DNA of 48,117 bases, from the NCBI GenBank assembly GCA_016764995.1, contig JAESQU010000215.1, positions 1 through 48,117 on the forward strand, in the 5' to 3' direction. A program made the translations under genes and the position numbers. The notes under the pieces are model-generated. The model was not told where the DNA came from. It searched no databases and saw only the letters and a list, made by a program, of their open reading frames with translations. Origin of the DNA: SAR324 cluster bacterium (GTDB taxonomy: Bacteria > SAR324 > NAC60-12). The number at the start of each line of letters is the position of its first letter. The first letter of the stretch is position 1. This document shows positions 18,104-28,422 of this stretch, in pieces.

Positions 18104-19000
18104 CTAACATTTATTTCTTGTAGGAAAGTTGAGACGATTGAGAGACCCTTTTAAATTGACTTTAATTGTTTCACCGCACTGAAATGAGCGTAGCATTGTT
18201 GAAATACTGCTAATTTCTTCCTTGAGAGAAGCAGCAGGAGTGAGTTCAAAATTCAAATCAATTAATGACATTTGCGGACGTTTCTCATTTAGCCGAATTG
18301 TACCTTCAATTGTACCTTCCAAAGATCCTCTTAAATGAATCTTCTTTATGGCAATTAAGGGGCCGAGTTGCAGGTCAAACATAACTTCTGAAAAAACAAG
18401 TTCTGGAAATTGCAGATTAAAAAGCGCGGCTCCACCGGAAATGCGGATTTGCACATCATTTAGCTGACCCTTCAGATTGCCTTCCGGAAAGCGGGATTGT
18501 TGTTGCTGTATTGCCTTAATGTTATCAATTTCAGATGACAAAGAAAGACTCCCTGAGATAAATGCATATGGAAAAGCGGCAATTAAAGGAACTCGTTCAA
18601 GCTGCACACCATCAAGAGAGATATCCATTGTTTCCCAAGTCAGCAAGTCGGTAGATGCTTCGATTGTTCCCCCATGAAGTTGTCCAAGTATTCTTGCTTT
18701 TCCGGATGTGATAACGGAGGCAAAAGGAACCTCTATATTTTCAAGTATGAGCAAACGGACATCAGGTGTTCCCGCCAGCCATTTAGGAGTACGCAGGGTA
18801 ACTTCCGGAGTGCTTACTTTGAGCCATCCTAACTCAAAAGCTTCAATCTCAACGGGAATTCCGGTTTGATTAGTTAATCGTGTTTGTAGTGCGTCAGCGA
18901 TTGATTTTCCGGGAAAATTCTGTTTAAAACCCCAAAAGGCGAGCACTAAAATAAGAGCAAATCCAATGATAAATAGCACTAAACGCTTTATGAATAACAT
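18104..19000 (-). CDS. gspN: Type II secretion protein GspN-like
   Basis: N-terminal membrane anchor ending in FP, beta-rich body, C-terminal LKGSLNRLNF; directly downstream of the gspM-like gene. Confidence 0.65.
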   Translation of the reverse strand: MLFIKRLVLFIIGFALILVLAFWGFKQNFPGKSIADALQTRLTNQTGIPVEIEAFELGWLKVSTPEVTLRTPKWLAGTPDVRLLILENIEVPFASVITSGKARILGQLHGGTIEASTDLLTWETMDISLDGVQLERVPLIAAFPYAFISGSLSLSSEIDNIKAIQQQQSRFPEGNLKGQLNDVQIRISGGAALFNLQFPELVFSEVMFDLQLGPLIAIKKIHLRGSLEGTIEGTIRLNEKRPQMSLIDLNFELTPAASLKEEISSISTMLRSFQCGETIKVNLKGSLNRLNFPTRNKC

Positions 19001-19006
19001 CTTTCG

Positions 19007-19492
19007 TCAACCTCCATGTTGCTTGTGTACCTGAAAAGAGGCACGTACCTGTCGGTTACCTGGGCTTATACTGATGCTTAAATGAGAAGTCCGTAAAACA
19101 GGACGATGATTTTCTAACTGATATAGCATAGACAATAAATGATCCAGTTTAAGTCTGTCTAAACCTACTTTGACACCCTCAATTCCCGCTTGAACGTTGG
19201 TCAATACGTTAAGTTGTAAATTATCCTGAATTTCAAGTGTGCGGGCAATGTTTTCTACAAAAGAGCTCAAGGCTTGTGGCATTACAGGCGCAGTTGGAGT
19301 ACGCCGTACTTGCTCCCATTCACTGGAGAGAGATCGTATTTGCTTGATTTGGAGTTCTTGCTTTTCAAGTTGTAGCAGCAACAATTTTTCCTCGCGGTTG
19401 AGATGCTGCACCCCCCACATTCCTGCCAGCACAAAAACGAGCAAAAACATGAAAGCAATAAGAAGCTGCTCCCTCATTGATAAATTTGACAT
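19007..19492 (-). CDS. gspM: Type II secretion protein GspM-like
   Basis: LSMREQLLI plus TM segment, coiled coil, LSSFVENIA, VKVGLDRLKLDHLLSMLYQLE. Confidence 0.75.
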   Translation of the reverse strand: MSNLSMREQLLIAFMFLLVFVLAGMWGVQHLNREEKLLLLQLEKQELQIKQIRSLSSEWEQVRRTPTAPVMPQALSSFVENIARTLEIQDNLQLNVLTNVQAGIEGVKVGLDRLKLDHLLSMLYQLENHRPVLRTSHLSISISPGNRQVRASFQVHKQHGG

Positions 19493-19520
19493 GGGAAGCG
19501 TCTATTGAGGAAGGTAGAAG

Positions 19521-20804
19521 TCAGTGACGTTGGTCAAGAGACACATAATCCCGCTCAGTATGTCCTGTATAAATCTGGCGTGGTCGTCCTATTTTTGAGA
19601 TGCCATTCCGCATTTCCAGCCAATGCGCAATCCAGCCGGGTAGGCGTCCTATAGAAAAAAGCACTGTGAACATGTCTGTTGGAAAGCCAAGAGCTTTGTA
19701 GATGATTCCGCTGTAAAAATCCACATTAGGATATAGATTACGATCAATAAAATATTCATCTGTCAGCGCCGCTTCCTCAAGTTCTTTGGCAATATCCAAC
19801 AAAGGATCAGGTGTTCCCAACAAGGCTAATATTTTGTCGCAGTACTCTTTCAGTATTGTGGCACGCGGATCAAAATTTTTGTATACACGATGTCCGAAGC
19901 CCATCAAGCGAAAACCGGAATCTTTGTCTTTGCCAAGTTTTACAAATTTTTGTACATCACCGCCGTCATTATGAATTTGCTGCAACATTTCCAAAACAGC
20001 TTGATTTGCTCCGCCATGTAATGGACCAGAAAGTGCGGCAATACCTGCCGATATTGAAGCAAACAGATTTGCTTCGCTACTTCCTACCAGCCTTACGGTT
20101 GAGGTTGAGCAATTTTGTTCGTGATCTGCATGTAAGATGAAAAGTACATTCAGGGCTTGCACAAATTCAGCTGGAACTTCGTAATTTGTGGAAGGTACAC
20201 CAAACAACATATTCAGAAAGTTTTTTGCATAAGTAAATTCATTCATCGGATAAACAAAAGGCTGACCGATATTTTTTTTGTAGGACCATGCCGCAATGGT
20301 AGGAAGTTTCCCCATCAATCGCCAAATCGCCAAATCTACCATATCACTATCTGTTGCACTGAAATCCCGATAGAAGGTTGAAAGTGCACAGACAATGCTT
20401 GAAAGAATTGCCATCGGATGGGCTTCCTTGGGAAATGCCTGATAAATATGCCGAACATCTTCGTGCAACATTGTGTGCCGTTTCACATTATTTTCGAAGC
20501 CGTCCAGCTGCAGTTTTGTCGGCAATTCACCGTAAATCAATAAATAGCTGACTTCCAGAAAGTTTGATTTTTCTGCAAGTTGTTCAATGGGATAACCTCG
20601 ATAGCGTAAAATACCTTTCTCACCATTCAAGAAAGTGATACCACTTTCACAGGATCCGGTATTAACGAAACCCGGATCAAGAGTTATTGCTTGTGTTTGA
20701 GAGCGTAATTTACTAATATCAATGCCAATTTCACCTTCACTTCCCTTAATTAGCGGGAGATCAATAGCTTTTTGATTTAGTTCTAATTTTGCGGTATTTG
20801 ACAT
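19521..20804 (-). CDS. gltA: Citrate synthase
   Basis: DPGFVNTGSCES, GILRYRGYPIEQLA, LHADHEQNCSTSTVR, GPLHGGANQ, GFGHRVYKNFDPRA, YPNVDFYSG. Confidence 0.98.
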   Translation of the reverse strand: MSNTAKLELNQKAIDLPLIKGSEGEIGIDISKLRSQTQAITLDPGFVNTGSCESGITFLNGEKGILRYRGYPIEQLAEKSNFLEVSYLLIYGELPTKLQLDGFENNVKRHTMLHEDVRHIYQAFPKEAHPMAILSSIVCALSTFYRDFSATDSDMVDLAIWRLMGKLPTIAAWSYKKNIGQPFVYPMNEFTYAKNFLNMLFGVPSTNYEVPAEFVQALNVLFILHADHEQNCSTSTVRLVGSSEANLFASISAGIAALSGPLHGGANQAVLEMLQQIHNDGGDVQKFVKLGKDKDSGFRLMGFGHRVYKNFDPRATILKEYCDKILALLGTPDPLLDIAKELEEAALTDEYFIDRNLYPNVDFYSGIIYKALGFPTDMFTVLFSIGRLPGWIAHWLEMRNGISKIGRPRQIYTGHTERDYVSLDQRH

Positions 20805-20968
20805 ATTCTCACCATTTTTACAAAATTATTGTAAGTATTAGAAACAATTTCGTCGACTTCCAGCAGACACATTAGCAGATACAAACTAAAGAGCAAGATA
20901 TTCAGATTTAATAATAGTAATTTAAGGGAAAGAATTTTTGGAACTTAGCTGAAGATTGTCCGGATTTA

Positions 20969-21367
20969 CTACTGTTCTATAATGGTATCTTCCGGACGGG
21001 TTGACTTGTTTTGAGTCTCAATTTTACTCTTCAACCAGGATTTTATCGCATTTCTGGTGCTAGGAATCAGCAGGACAAATCCGAATGTGTCTGTTAAAAA
21101 ACCTGGAGTCAACAGCACAAGTCCGGCTACTCCGATTAACAGGGCATCAAGTAATTCCGCAGATGGCATCCGTCCCTCTCGTAAACTTTCCTGGATACGA
21201 AACAAGGTTTGCAAACCCTGTATTCGAGCCAAATATGCTCCCAAAAATCCGGTAAAAATTACCAGAGCAATTGAAGTGAATGCACCAAAAGCTGATCCAA
21301 TTTGTATCAACAGGTAGATTTCAACTACTGGAATGATGGTAAAGGCGAGGAATAATTTTAATAACAT
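20969..21367 (-). CDS. fxsA: FxsA-family membrane protein
   Basis: IPVVEIYLLIQIG...ARIQG...AGLVLLTPGFLTDTFG. Confidence 0.93.
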   Translation of the reverse strand: MLLKLFLAFTIIPVVEIYLLIQIGSAFGAFTSIALVIFTGFLGAYLARIQGLQTLFRIQESLREGRMPSAELLDALLIGVAGLVLLTPGFLTDTFGFVLLIPSTRNAIKSWLKSKIETQNKSTRPEDTIIEQ

Positions 21368-21407
21368 AAGATGACACCTTGAGTCTTTAGGGAATTGTCG
21401 CGAAAAA

Positions 21408-22691
21408 TCAGGAAGAGTCAGGACTAACCGGCGTTATGCTAAAACTGTTAATTCCGGAAATCGATTGTCGTCCACTAGCTTGACGTCCAATCACTCTCCA
21501 GTACAGTTTATTTTTCTCTTTTGCTCTCATCAATCCCATTGCCATTCCGGGCAGTTCACCTGCCAAGGGTACAAGTTCCTTGTCTGCAATCCAGCGGTTT
21601 CCCTGCGGCAAGTCGAAAAATGATCCGGAGTCTTCAAATTTTTCATCAACTCCAACTTGTATTTTGAACTCACTGAAGGCAAGACTGTCCCACTGAAAAA
21701 GGAAGAGTCCATTTTCCGCAAAAGAAAATTTGTCTGTCGGTAAAAGCAGCTTTATGTCACTGAGTTTGAAAACATTTGATTTTGCAATATTGTTATTTTC
21801 CTTCAGCTCTTCGATTTCATTTTCAGGATCAACTGTTGCGACAATTTGATATTTTCCCAACAGTTGATCATCAGGAAGAATGTATTCCAAGTTGAAAGTC
21901 GTAATTTCGCCAGGCGCCAAAACACGTGTGCTGGGCATGGCAATAACAGACTTTCTCATCGGTTGTTTTACATTGTAATATTGAATCTTTGTTGCAATGT
22001 CCTTCACAATATCTCCGCCTACATTCATTAAATTCAGGCGTAAGATGAGCTTCTCTCCACGAAGTGCGTGTTTAGGAAGAACCTGTACGGATTCCCAGCG
22101 TAAATCTGGAGGATCAAATTTCAGGGGGGTGATGATGCGTTTACCGGAAACTCTCACTCCAGTTGCTAATTGAGTTTTTGCGACTTCCAAGTCTTGAGGT
22201 GAAGCGATGTAGAAGTATCTTTCATCTCCTGCGGTTGTGTTAAGTAAAATACGTTTGAAACGAGAATCCCAAACTCGTACAGAAATTTGATAACGTCCCG
22301 TATTTTCCAAATTAATCTCATGCAGAACACGAGCTGTGTCATGAGCCTGAATCGTATAGACTTTGCGGTGACGCTTCTTTTTCAACTCCTGACCGTCCAC
22401 TCTCACTTTAATTTCAACACCTATTTCCTTCTGGACTTGACCTTGATTTGCGATGGCAGTTTGAACCAATTGTGTGTCACCGTGTTTTGGACAATCAGGA
22501 TTGCTCATTGATCTAAGAATGGAGTCTGGAGAGTCAATAGTCATGTCCGGACCATCCGGCAGAGGGCATGTTTTTGAAAGTACAATCGCGATGATTTTTA
22601 GTTCAGCAGACTGGGTTGCCGGTGACAAGGTGGGTAACAGAAGAGTAATTATTCCGGATAAAATCAGTTTCAGTAGTAAAATCCGGGACAT
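21408..22691 (-). CDS. Exported protein with a CARDB/Ig-like domain
   Basis: Signal peptide; PDL...N.GG...LAPGE...VATVDPENEIEELKENNN is the CARDB signature. Confidence 0.75.
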   Translation of the reverse strand: MSRILLLKLILSGIITLLLPTLSPATQSAELKIIAIVLSKTCPLPDGPDMTIDSPDSILRSMSNPDCPKHGDTQLVQTAIANQGQVQKEIGVEIKVRVDGQELKKKRHRKVYTIQAHDTARVLHEINLENTGRYQISVRVWDSRFKRILLNTTAGDERYFYIASPQDLEVAKTQLATGVRVSGKRIITPLKFDPPDLRWESVQVLPKHALRGEKLILRLNLMNVGGDIVKDIATKIQYYNVKQPMRKSVIAMPSTRVLAPGEITTFNLEYILPDDQLLGKYQIVATVDPENEIEELKENNNIAKSNVFKLSDIKLLLPTDKFSFAENGLFLFQWDSLAFSEFKIQVGVDEKFEDSGSFFDLPQGNRWIADKELVPLAGELPGMAMGLMRAKEKNKLYWRVIGRQASGRQSISGINSFSITPVSPDSS

Positions 22692-22919
22692 TTTTACGAG
22701 GAAAATTGGGGTTGAAAGTTTTTCTGTTCGCTTGCTTTTAAAGAAAATTAATTCTGAAGCAGAAAAATATTATGCTAAAGAATCACAATTAGCACTATTC
22801 ATACTCATGAAAATTATTCTTCATTGCTAAATTAAAACAAGCTTTTAATTCAATATTAAGGATAAATGCTTGAAGAAGCTCTATTCAATCTGCACACTAA
22901 AGAGCTTGTCTTTAAAGAC

Positions 22920-23789
22920 TTAACTTGCTTTAAGCAGAGCTTCTTCCACATCTTCATCAATGTTTTGCAAATTGTACCAGTAAATGATGTTTTTTTCAAA
23001 ATTCTCATGTGCTGTGCAGTGAATTGCTGCGAGCTGATCAACCTGTACAATAGTGATAATATGTAAACGCACCATTTCCAGAATAGACATGAAAGTAATG
23101 ATAAACCAGATTCTTGGTTTGTCTCTTTGAAACAATTCTTCAAAAAGGCAATGCGGTTGTTCTGCGAAACGCGCAATCAGTTCATCAATGCGATCTTCAA
23201 TTCGTACACTTTCTGTTTCAATTACATATCTATTTATTTTTGGAAGCCGCCTCATTACGCGCTCAAAGGCTTCCATCAACGCGGAAACAGAGATGTCTTC
23301 GTATTCCGGATCAGCTTCTTCTGTATCTGAAACCAACTCGACATTTTCCGGACGTTGAAAAACATCACGCCCCAAAATATCAAGTGAACCAAGTTCAAAT
23401 GCGGCGTTTTTGTAATGCTGATATTCTAGTAATCGGCGGCGCAGAATCTCTTCCGGATCCTCTTCTTCAAACTCTTCAATATCCACCGGAGATTTGGGAA
23501 GTAAACTGCGGGACTTGATTAAAATCAACATGGCTGCAATTTCTAAAAACTCTCCGGCCAAATCGAGATTGATCGATTGCAATTTTTCCAAATATTCCAA
23601 ATACGACGCTGTTAATTCGGAGAGCCGTACTTCTGCAATTGAAACTTCTTTTTTCCTAATGAGATGCAGCAGCAAATCAAGCGGTCCCTCAAACAAAGGG
23701 ATTTTGATTTCCAGGGGATTCTCCGGATTTGGAAAAATTGTGGATAGCTCCACGTTTTTATGCTGATCTTCCATTGTTTCCATTCTCAT
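22920..23789 (-). CDS. scpA: Segregation and condensation protein A (start uncertain among several ATGs)
   Basis: FEGPLDLLLHLI, AGEFLEIAAMLILIKSRSLLP, L..RLLEYQHYK, TFMSILEM. Confidence 0.95.
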   Translation of the reverse strand: MRMETMEDQHKNVELSTIFPNPENPLEIKIPLFEGPLDLLLHLIRKKEVSIAEVRLSELTASYLEYLEKLQSINLDLAGEFLEIAAMLILIKSRSLLPKSPVDIEEFEEEDPEEILRRRLLEYQHYKNAAFELGSLDILGRDVFQRPENVELVSDTEEADPEYEDISVSALMEAFERVMRRLPKINRYVIETESVRIEDRIDELIARFAEQPHCLFEELFQRDKPRIWFIITFMSILEMVRLHIITIVQVDQLAAIHCTAHENFEKNIIYWYNLQNIDEDVEEALLKAS

Positions 23790-23834
23790 CCATGAGTGGA
23801 GATTAGAGGAAATATTTTCCGAAACCCTCTCTGT

Positions 23835-26546
23835 TTAATCAGAAAGTTCGGGAAGCCCCATATCTTCCAGCACTTGATTGGATATTTTATCGAGTTCATT
23901 TGCTTTTTTGAAACGGGAACTGGCACGTTGATTAACTCTTTCCAAATCTGCTTTTGTCCGGATAATGGTTGGACGAATAAAAATGAGCAGGTTAATTTTT
24001 TCAAATCCATCTTTTTTGCTGCGAAATAACCATCCAATTAAAGGGATATCTCCAAATCCCGGAATTTTACTCCGTTCACGAACCATTTTTTCTTTGATCA
24101 AACCACCAAGTACAATAATCTTTCCATCTTCTGCAATCACAGAGGTTTTGATGGTACGTTTAAAAATCGTGATTGGGTTGGCTGCCGGGTTCACAACATC
24201 ACTGGACTCCTGGGCAATATCCAGTCGTATACTGTTTTTTCCACTGATCTGCGGTTTAATTTCAAGTTTGATACCAACTTCCTTAAATTGGTACTCTGTT
24301 GTGGTAATATTACTCGCGCTGGTAACAGTTTTTGGTGAAACAGGCACGACGGAAACAACACTAATGTTAGGTACTTCACCCTCTTGGGGATTGTTGATAA
24401 TCATCAACTGCGGATTTGCGAGGACATTTACATCATTGTTATTTTGGACTGCTTTGACAAATGCACCGAAGCTAAAAAATTCTTTTCCTCCAATACTGAT
24501 TGTATTGCCGTTCAAGACTCCAATTGTATTTTCAGCGGCAGTAGTTGCCGCGGTACCTCCTGTTGTGGCGTCTCCCGTGAAAGCTCCTCCTCCAGGGAAT
24601 CCACCCGTAATTATTCGATTTCCGCTAGTAGCTCCTGCGGCTTTCCAGTTTATGCCTAAATCTAAACTTTTTGAAAGCGTAACTTCCATGATAAGCGCTT
24701 CAACATAAACCTGCATTCTCGGCACATCAAGTTCAACTATAATCTGATCCAGAGTTTTGAAGGCGTCCGCCGGTGCAAAAATCAAAAGGGAATTTGTTGC
24801 CTCATCGGCGCTGATTGAAATGTCAGACTGTGTTCCTGAACCGGCAGTTTTGGACAGTGCTTTACTAAGTTGCGGCTTTTCATCTTTCCGGGAAACCTCT
24901 GAAATTCTTCCGGTAACTTCTTTAAGTAAAACAGCAATGTCTTTAGCTACCGCGTGCTGGAGATGATAAAGTTTAAAATTACTGCGAACTTTTCCGCTTT
25001 CCTGGAAAACATCGAGTTGTTTTATCAAAGATAATATTCGTTCGATCTCAAGCCGTCCCGCGATAATGATCAAAGAATTCAAACGTTCTTCTTCAATAAT
25101 TTTAACCGGACTTGCTTTTGCGGTATTACCCTCACCTTTTCCGGCAACAACTCGGTCCGAAAATATTTTTGTCAGGAGATTTGCCATTCTCTTGGCAGAA
25201 GTGTTTTTCAGCGGAATCAACTTGAGCTGTGTTTCACCGGAAGTTCCTTGTTCTGTGTCAAGTTTTGCGATCAGTAGGAGAACCCTGTCAGTTGCCAAAC
25301 GATCCGCGATGATGATCAGGGCATTCAGTCGAGGTTCCGCTATTATTTTAACCGGACTGCCTGTCGCGGTTGCTCCCTCTCCCTTACCAGCAACAACCTT
25401 ATCCGCGAATATTTTTGAAAGCAAAGGAGCCAATGTCGTGGCGGAAGCATAGTTTAATTGCTGCAGCATTATCTGACGGTTCCCTCGTGGAATATCAAGT
25501 TGATCGACCAAGTCGATAATTTGCTGAGTTGTAACAGGATTTGCAATAATAATCAGGGCATTAAAAGGGGCAAACGGAACAATTTTTATTGAAGTTGTTT
25601 TGGGGAAAACAGTCGTAATTAGCGGAACCAGCTTTGCCGCGTCAGAATATTTTAATTCATGAATAGTTGTTTTTGCGCCTTCTACAGGGACATCAACTTT
25701 TTCAATTAATTCAATAATTTCTTCCGTTGTTTCACGATTTGCGACGATGAACATGGAATTTAAGCGAGCCTCAATCAGCAGTTTGAATTGCGTCGGCTTG
25801 CCGTTACGTACTAAATTTGAAAACAATTCAGAAACGGTTTTGTGAATTTCTGTAACATCGTTGTGTAAAATTTTCTGTAAAGTAACAATCTGCTCCACCC
25901 CTTCCGGTGCGGAGGTGTCAAGCATCTCAATGAGTTCCACGATACGGCTTACGTTGGACTCAACATCGATTACAATCAACATGTTCATCGGCTCATAAAC
26001 GAGCAGAACTCCTGTCTTGGAGAAAATTGGCTGCAATGTTGACTGTATCCCCTTGAGGTCTGCATGAACAATGGGAATCAGACGCATCACATAGTTTCCA
26101 CCTTTAGCGCTGATCTTCCCGCCGTCCTTTGAAATCGGCAACCGCGAGAAACGTGCGTCTGCTGAAGGAAGTATTTCCACGACTTTACTCCCTTTTTTGC
26201 GCACCATTGCCAAACCTTGACTGGCCAGTATTTTTTCAAAGAAGAAAAATGCGTCTTGCGGAGTTACTTTGAAATTGCGTGGAGCCGTAATAGACATTTG
26301 TCCGCGCATATTCTTTTCTTCGTAAACAAAAACGGTTCCGGTATTTTCCGAAATTATTTTAATGAATTCTTTGAGGATGATTGTTTGAGGCAGGTTGATG
26401 CTGACCTTTGAGCTGGGTTTCTTTTTTGCTGCTTCAAGTTCAAAAGGCTGCGAAATATGAAACAGTAAAAGGCAAAGTAAAAAAAATCCGGACAACCAAT
26501 TATGTTTCCGGAGCGACTTGGAAATAGAGGTAAAAAAGAAAATCAT
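23835..26546 (-). CDS. gspD: Type II secretion secretin GspD with an expanded N-terminal repeat region
   Basis: N0 domain, six Secretin_N-type repeats, LDVPRMQVYVEALIMEV, VGIKLEIKPQIS, IVLGGLI, KIPGFGDIPLIGWLFRS, LLIFIRPTII. Confidence 0.92.
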   Translation of the reverse strand: MIFFFTSISKSLRKHNWLSGFFLLCLLLFHISQPFELEAAKKKPSSKVSINLPQTIILKEFIKIISENTGTVFVYEEKNMRGQMSITAPRNFKVTPQDAFFFFEKILASQGLAMVRKKGSKVVEILPSADARFSRLPISKDGGKISAKGGNYVMRLIPIVHADLKGIQSTLQPIFSKTGVLLVYEPMNMLIVIDVESNVSRIVELIEMLDTSAPEGVEQIVTLQKILHNDVTEIHKTVSELFSNLVRNGKPTQFKLLIEARLNSMFIVANRETTEEIIELIEKVDVPVEGAKTTIHELKYSDAAKLVPLITTVFPKTTSIKIVPFAPFNALIIIANPVTTQQIIDLVDQLDIPRGNRQIMLQQLNYASATTLAPLLSKIFADKVVAGKGEGATATGSPVKIIAEPRLNALIIIADRLATDRVLLLIAKLDTEQGTSGETQLKLIPLKNTSAKRMANLLTKIFSDRVVAGKGEGNTAKASPVKIIEEERLNSLIIIAGRLEIERILSLIKQLDVFQESGKVRSNFKLYHLQHAVAKDIAVLLKEVTGRISEVSRKDEKPQLSKALSKTAGSGTQSDISISADEATNSLLIFAPADAFKTLDQIIVELDVPRMQVYVEALIMEVTLSKSLDLGINWKAAGATSGNRIITGGFPGGGAFTGDATTGGTAATTAAENTIGVLNGNTISIGGKEFFSFGAFVKAVQNNNDVNVLANPQLMIINNPQEGEVPNISVVSVVPVSPKTVTSASNITTTEYQFKEVGIKLEIKPQISGKNSIRLDIAQESSDVVNPAANPITIFKRTIKTSVIAEDGKIIVLGGLIKEKMVRERSKIPGFGDIPLIGWLFRSKKDGFEKINLLIFIRPTIIRTKADLERVNQRASSRFKKANELDKISNQVLEDMGLPELSD

Positions 26547-26576
26547 GTAAGTGTAGTGATCAAATTTCTTTGAATT

Positions 26577-27266
26577 TCAGGATAGTTTTTTTGAATTCAG
26601 CAGCCAATCTGCCAGTTCCAAATCAGCAGGAGTTGTGATTTTTAAATTTTGCGGATCACCTTCAACTGTTGTAATTCTTCCGCCGGCTTTTTCAACCATT
26701 GACGCATCATCAGTAACCGTCCACTTGTTTGCTGTTGCCTGCATTGAAGCATGCAGAAGTTGTTCAAAGAGAAATCCTTGTGGTGTCTGCACGGCAAATA
26801 ATTTACTCCGATCAACAACCTCAGTTTTTTCCTTAGTAACTCGTCGAATCGTGTCCACCAGTGGTATAACCGGAATCGCGGCTCCATGTTCAAGCGCAGC
26901 GTCCAATACACGGTCTATTATTTCTGCACGGCAAAACGGCCGTGCTCCATCGTGTACCAGCACAAGTTCCGGAACCGGTTTTTCCTGCAAAACTCTCAGC
27001 AAGGCATTATGCACAGAGTCTTGACGGCGCTTCCCGCCTTCAACCAAAACAACTTCCTTCGGGATAATTTTTTCAAAAACATGACGATCCTGAGCAGCAA
27101 CGGTCAAAAAGATTTTCCTGATTCCCGAGTGTTTTAAAAATAGCTCAAGGCTAAACTCAAGTATTGTACGTGTTCCTAATGGAAGAAGCAATTTATTGTG
27201 ATTCCCTCCCATACGTGTTCCTTGCCCTGCGGCAACAATCACGACAACTACATCTCGGTCAGTCAT
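26577..27266 (-). CDS. ispD: 2-C-methyl-D-erythritol 4-phosphate cytidylyltransferase
   Basis: AAGQGTRMG...K, GGKRRQDSV, VHDGARP, VQTPQGF, TDDAS, NLKITTPADL. Confidence 0.97.
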   Translation of the reverse strand: MTDRDVVVVIVAAGQGTRMGGNHNKLLLPLGTRTILEFSLELFLKHSGIRKIFLTVAAQDRHVFEKIIPKEVVLVEGGKRRQDSVHNALLRVLQEKPVPELVLVHDGARPFCRAEIIDRVLDAALEHGAAIPVIPLVDTIRRVTKEKTEVVDRSKLFAVQTPQGFLFEQLLHASMQATANKWTVTDDASMVEKAGGRITTVEGDPQNLKITTPADLELADWLLNSKKLS

Positions 27267-27516
27267 TCTATCTCAATGTGGAAAGTTTGAAAAAATCAAT
27301 AGCTGGACAAACAAAAAAGCTAAATATCTCAACTGCTAAGGCTAAGAAATTTTGCTACTAAAAGTCCAGATAAAACGAGAACTTACGATAGTGTTACTAA
27401 TTGAGTCGCATATCAGACTTGTAAAAAAGATCACACAAACTAAACTAAGTGTGCACAAGTGGACAGAGAGTTTCAATTGTGAAGATTAACCGATAACAAT
27501 AAACAAAGAACTAAAT

Positions 27517-28407
27517 ATGTCTGAAAAAACAGCATTCATTGGACTCGGCGTGATGGGCTATCCCATGGCGGGCTTTTTAGCAAGTGCCGGAAATAAAGTT
27601 ACAGTCTATAACCGTACTACCAAAAAAGCGGAAAAATGGGTGAAAGAATATGGAGGTGAACTGGCCTTAACTCCTGCAGAAGCAGCTAAAGACGCGGATT
27701 TTGTCTTTTGCTGTGTGGGCAACGATAATGATTTGCGTTCTGTTACAATCGGTAATGGCGGCGTATTTTCAGGTATGACTGCCGGAACTGTTTTCGTGGA
27801 TCACACGACTGCGTCGGCAAAAGTCGCCCGTGAACTTGCGGATGCCGCGCATAAACTAGCTTGCACATTCCTGGATGCTCCTGTGTCCGGAGGACAGGCC
27901 GGTGCGGAAAATGGAGTCTTAACAGTGATGGTTGGCGGTGACGAAGGAAGTTTCACAAAAGCAGAACCACTCATAAGCAATTACGCGAAAATGACTAAGC
28001 TCCTGGGGCCGGTAGGTTATGGTCAATTGACAAAAATGGTCAATCAAATTTGTATAGCCGGAATAGTACAAGGTTTGGCGGAAGGGATTCATTTTGCCAA
28101 GGCAGTTGGTCTTGATGTTGAGCAAGTGATCGAAACCATATCCAAGGGCGCCGCTCAATCATGGCAAATGGAAAATCGTTACAAAACCATGAACGAAAAT
28201 TTTTTTGAATATGGTTTTGCCGTCGATTGGATGCGTAAAGATTTGGGAATTGCGCTTGAAGAAGGTCGCGCCAACCAGGCACATTTGCCTGTCACCGCAC
28301 TGGTTGATCAATTTTATTCTGAAGTGCAGGCACTCGGCGGAAGCCGCTGGGACACTTCCAGTTTGATTGCCCGATTGGAGGCAATGCGTAAGCTAAAAGA
28401 TAAATAA
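27517..28407 (+). CDS. NAD(P)-dependent oxidoreductase, 3-hydroxyisobutyrate/tartronate-semialdehyde reductase family
   Basis: FIGLGVMGYPMA, FLDAPVSGGQAGA, KMVNQI, KDLGIAL. Confidence 0.93.
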   Translation: MSEKTAFIGLGVMGYPMAGFLASAGNKVTVYNRTTKKAEKWVKEYGGELALTPAEAAKDADFVFCCVGNDNDLRSVTIGNGGVFSGMTAGTVFVDHTTASAKVARELADAAHKLACTFLDAPVSGGQAGAENGVLTVMVGGDEGSFTKAEPLISNYAKMTKLLGPVGYGQLTKMVNQICIAGIVQGLAEGIHFAKAVGLDVEQVIETISKGAAQSWQMENRYKTMNENFFEYGFAVDWMRKDLGIALEEGRANQAHLPVTALVDQFYSEVQALGGSRWDTSSLIARLEAMRKLKDK

Positions 28408-28422
28408 ATACAGGAGAATAGA

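Noticed and set aside
23965-24708. 247-aa plus-strand ORF and other antisense ORFs in the track
   Set aside because: They lie fully opposite well-supported genes (here gspD) and read as shadow frames.
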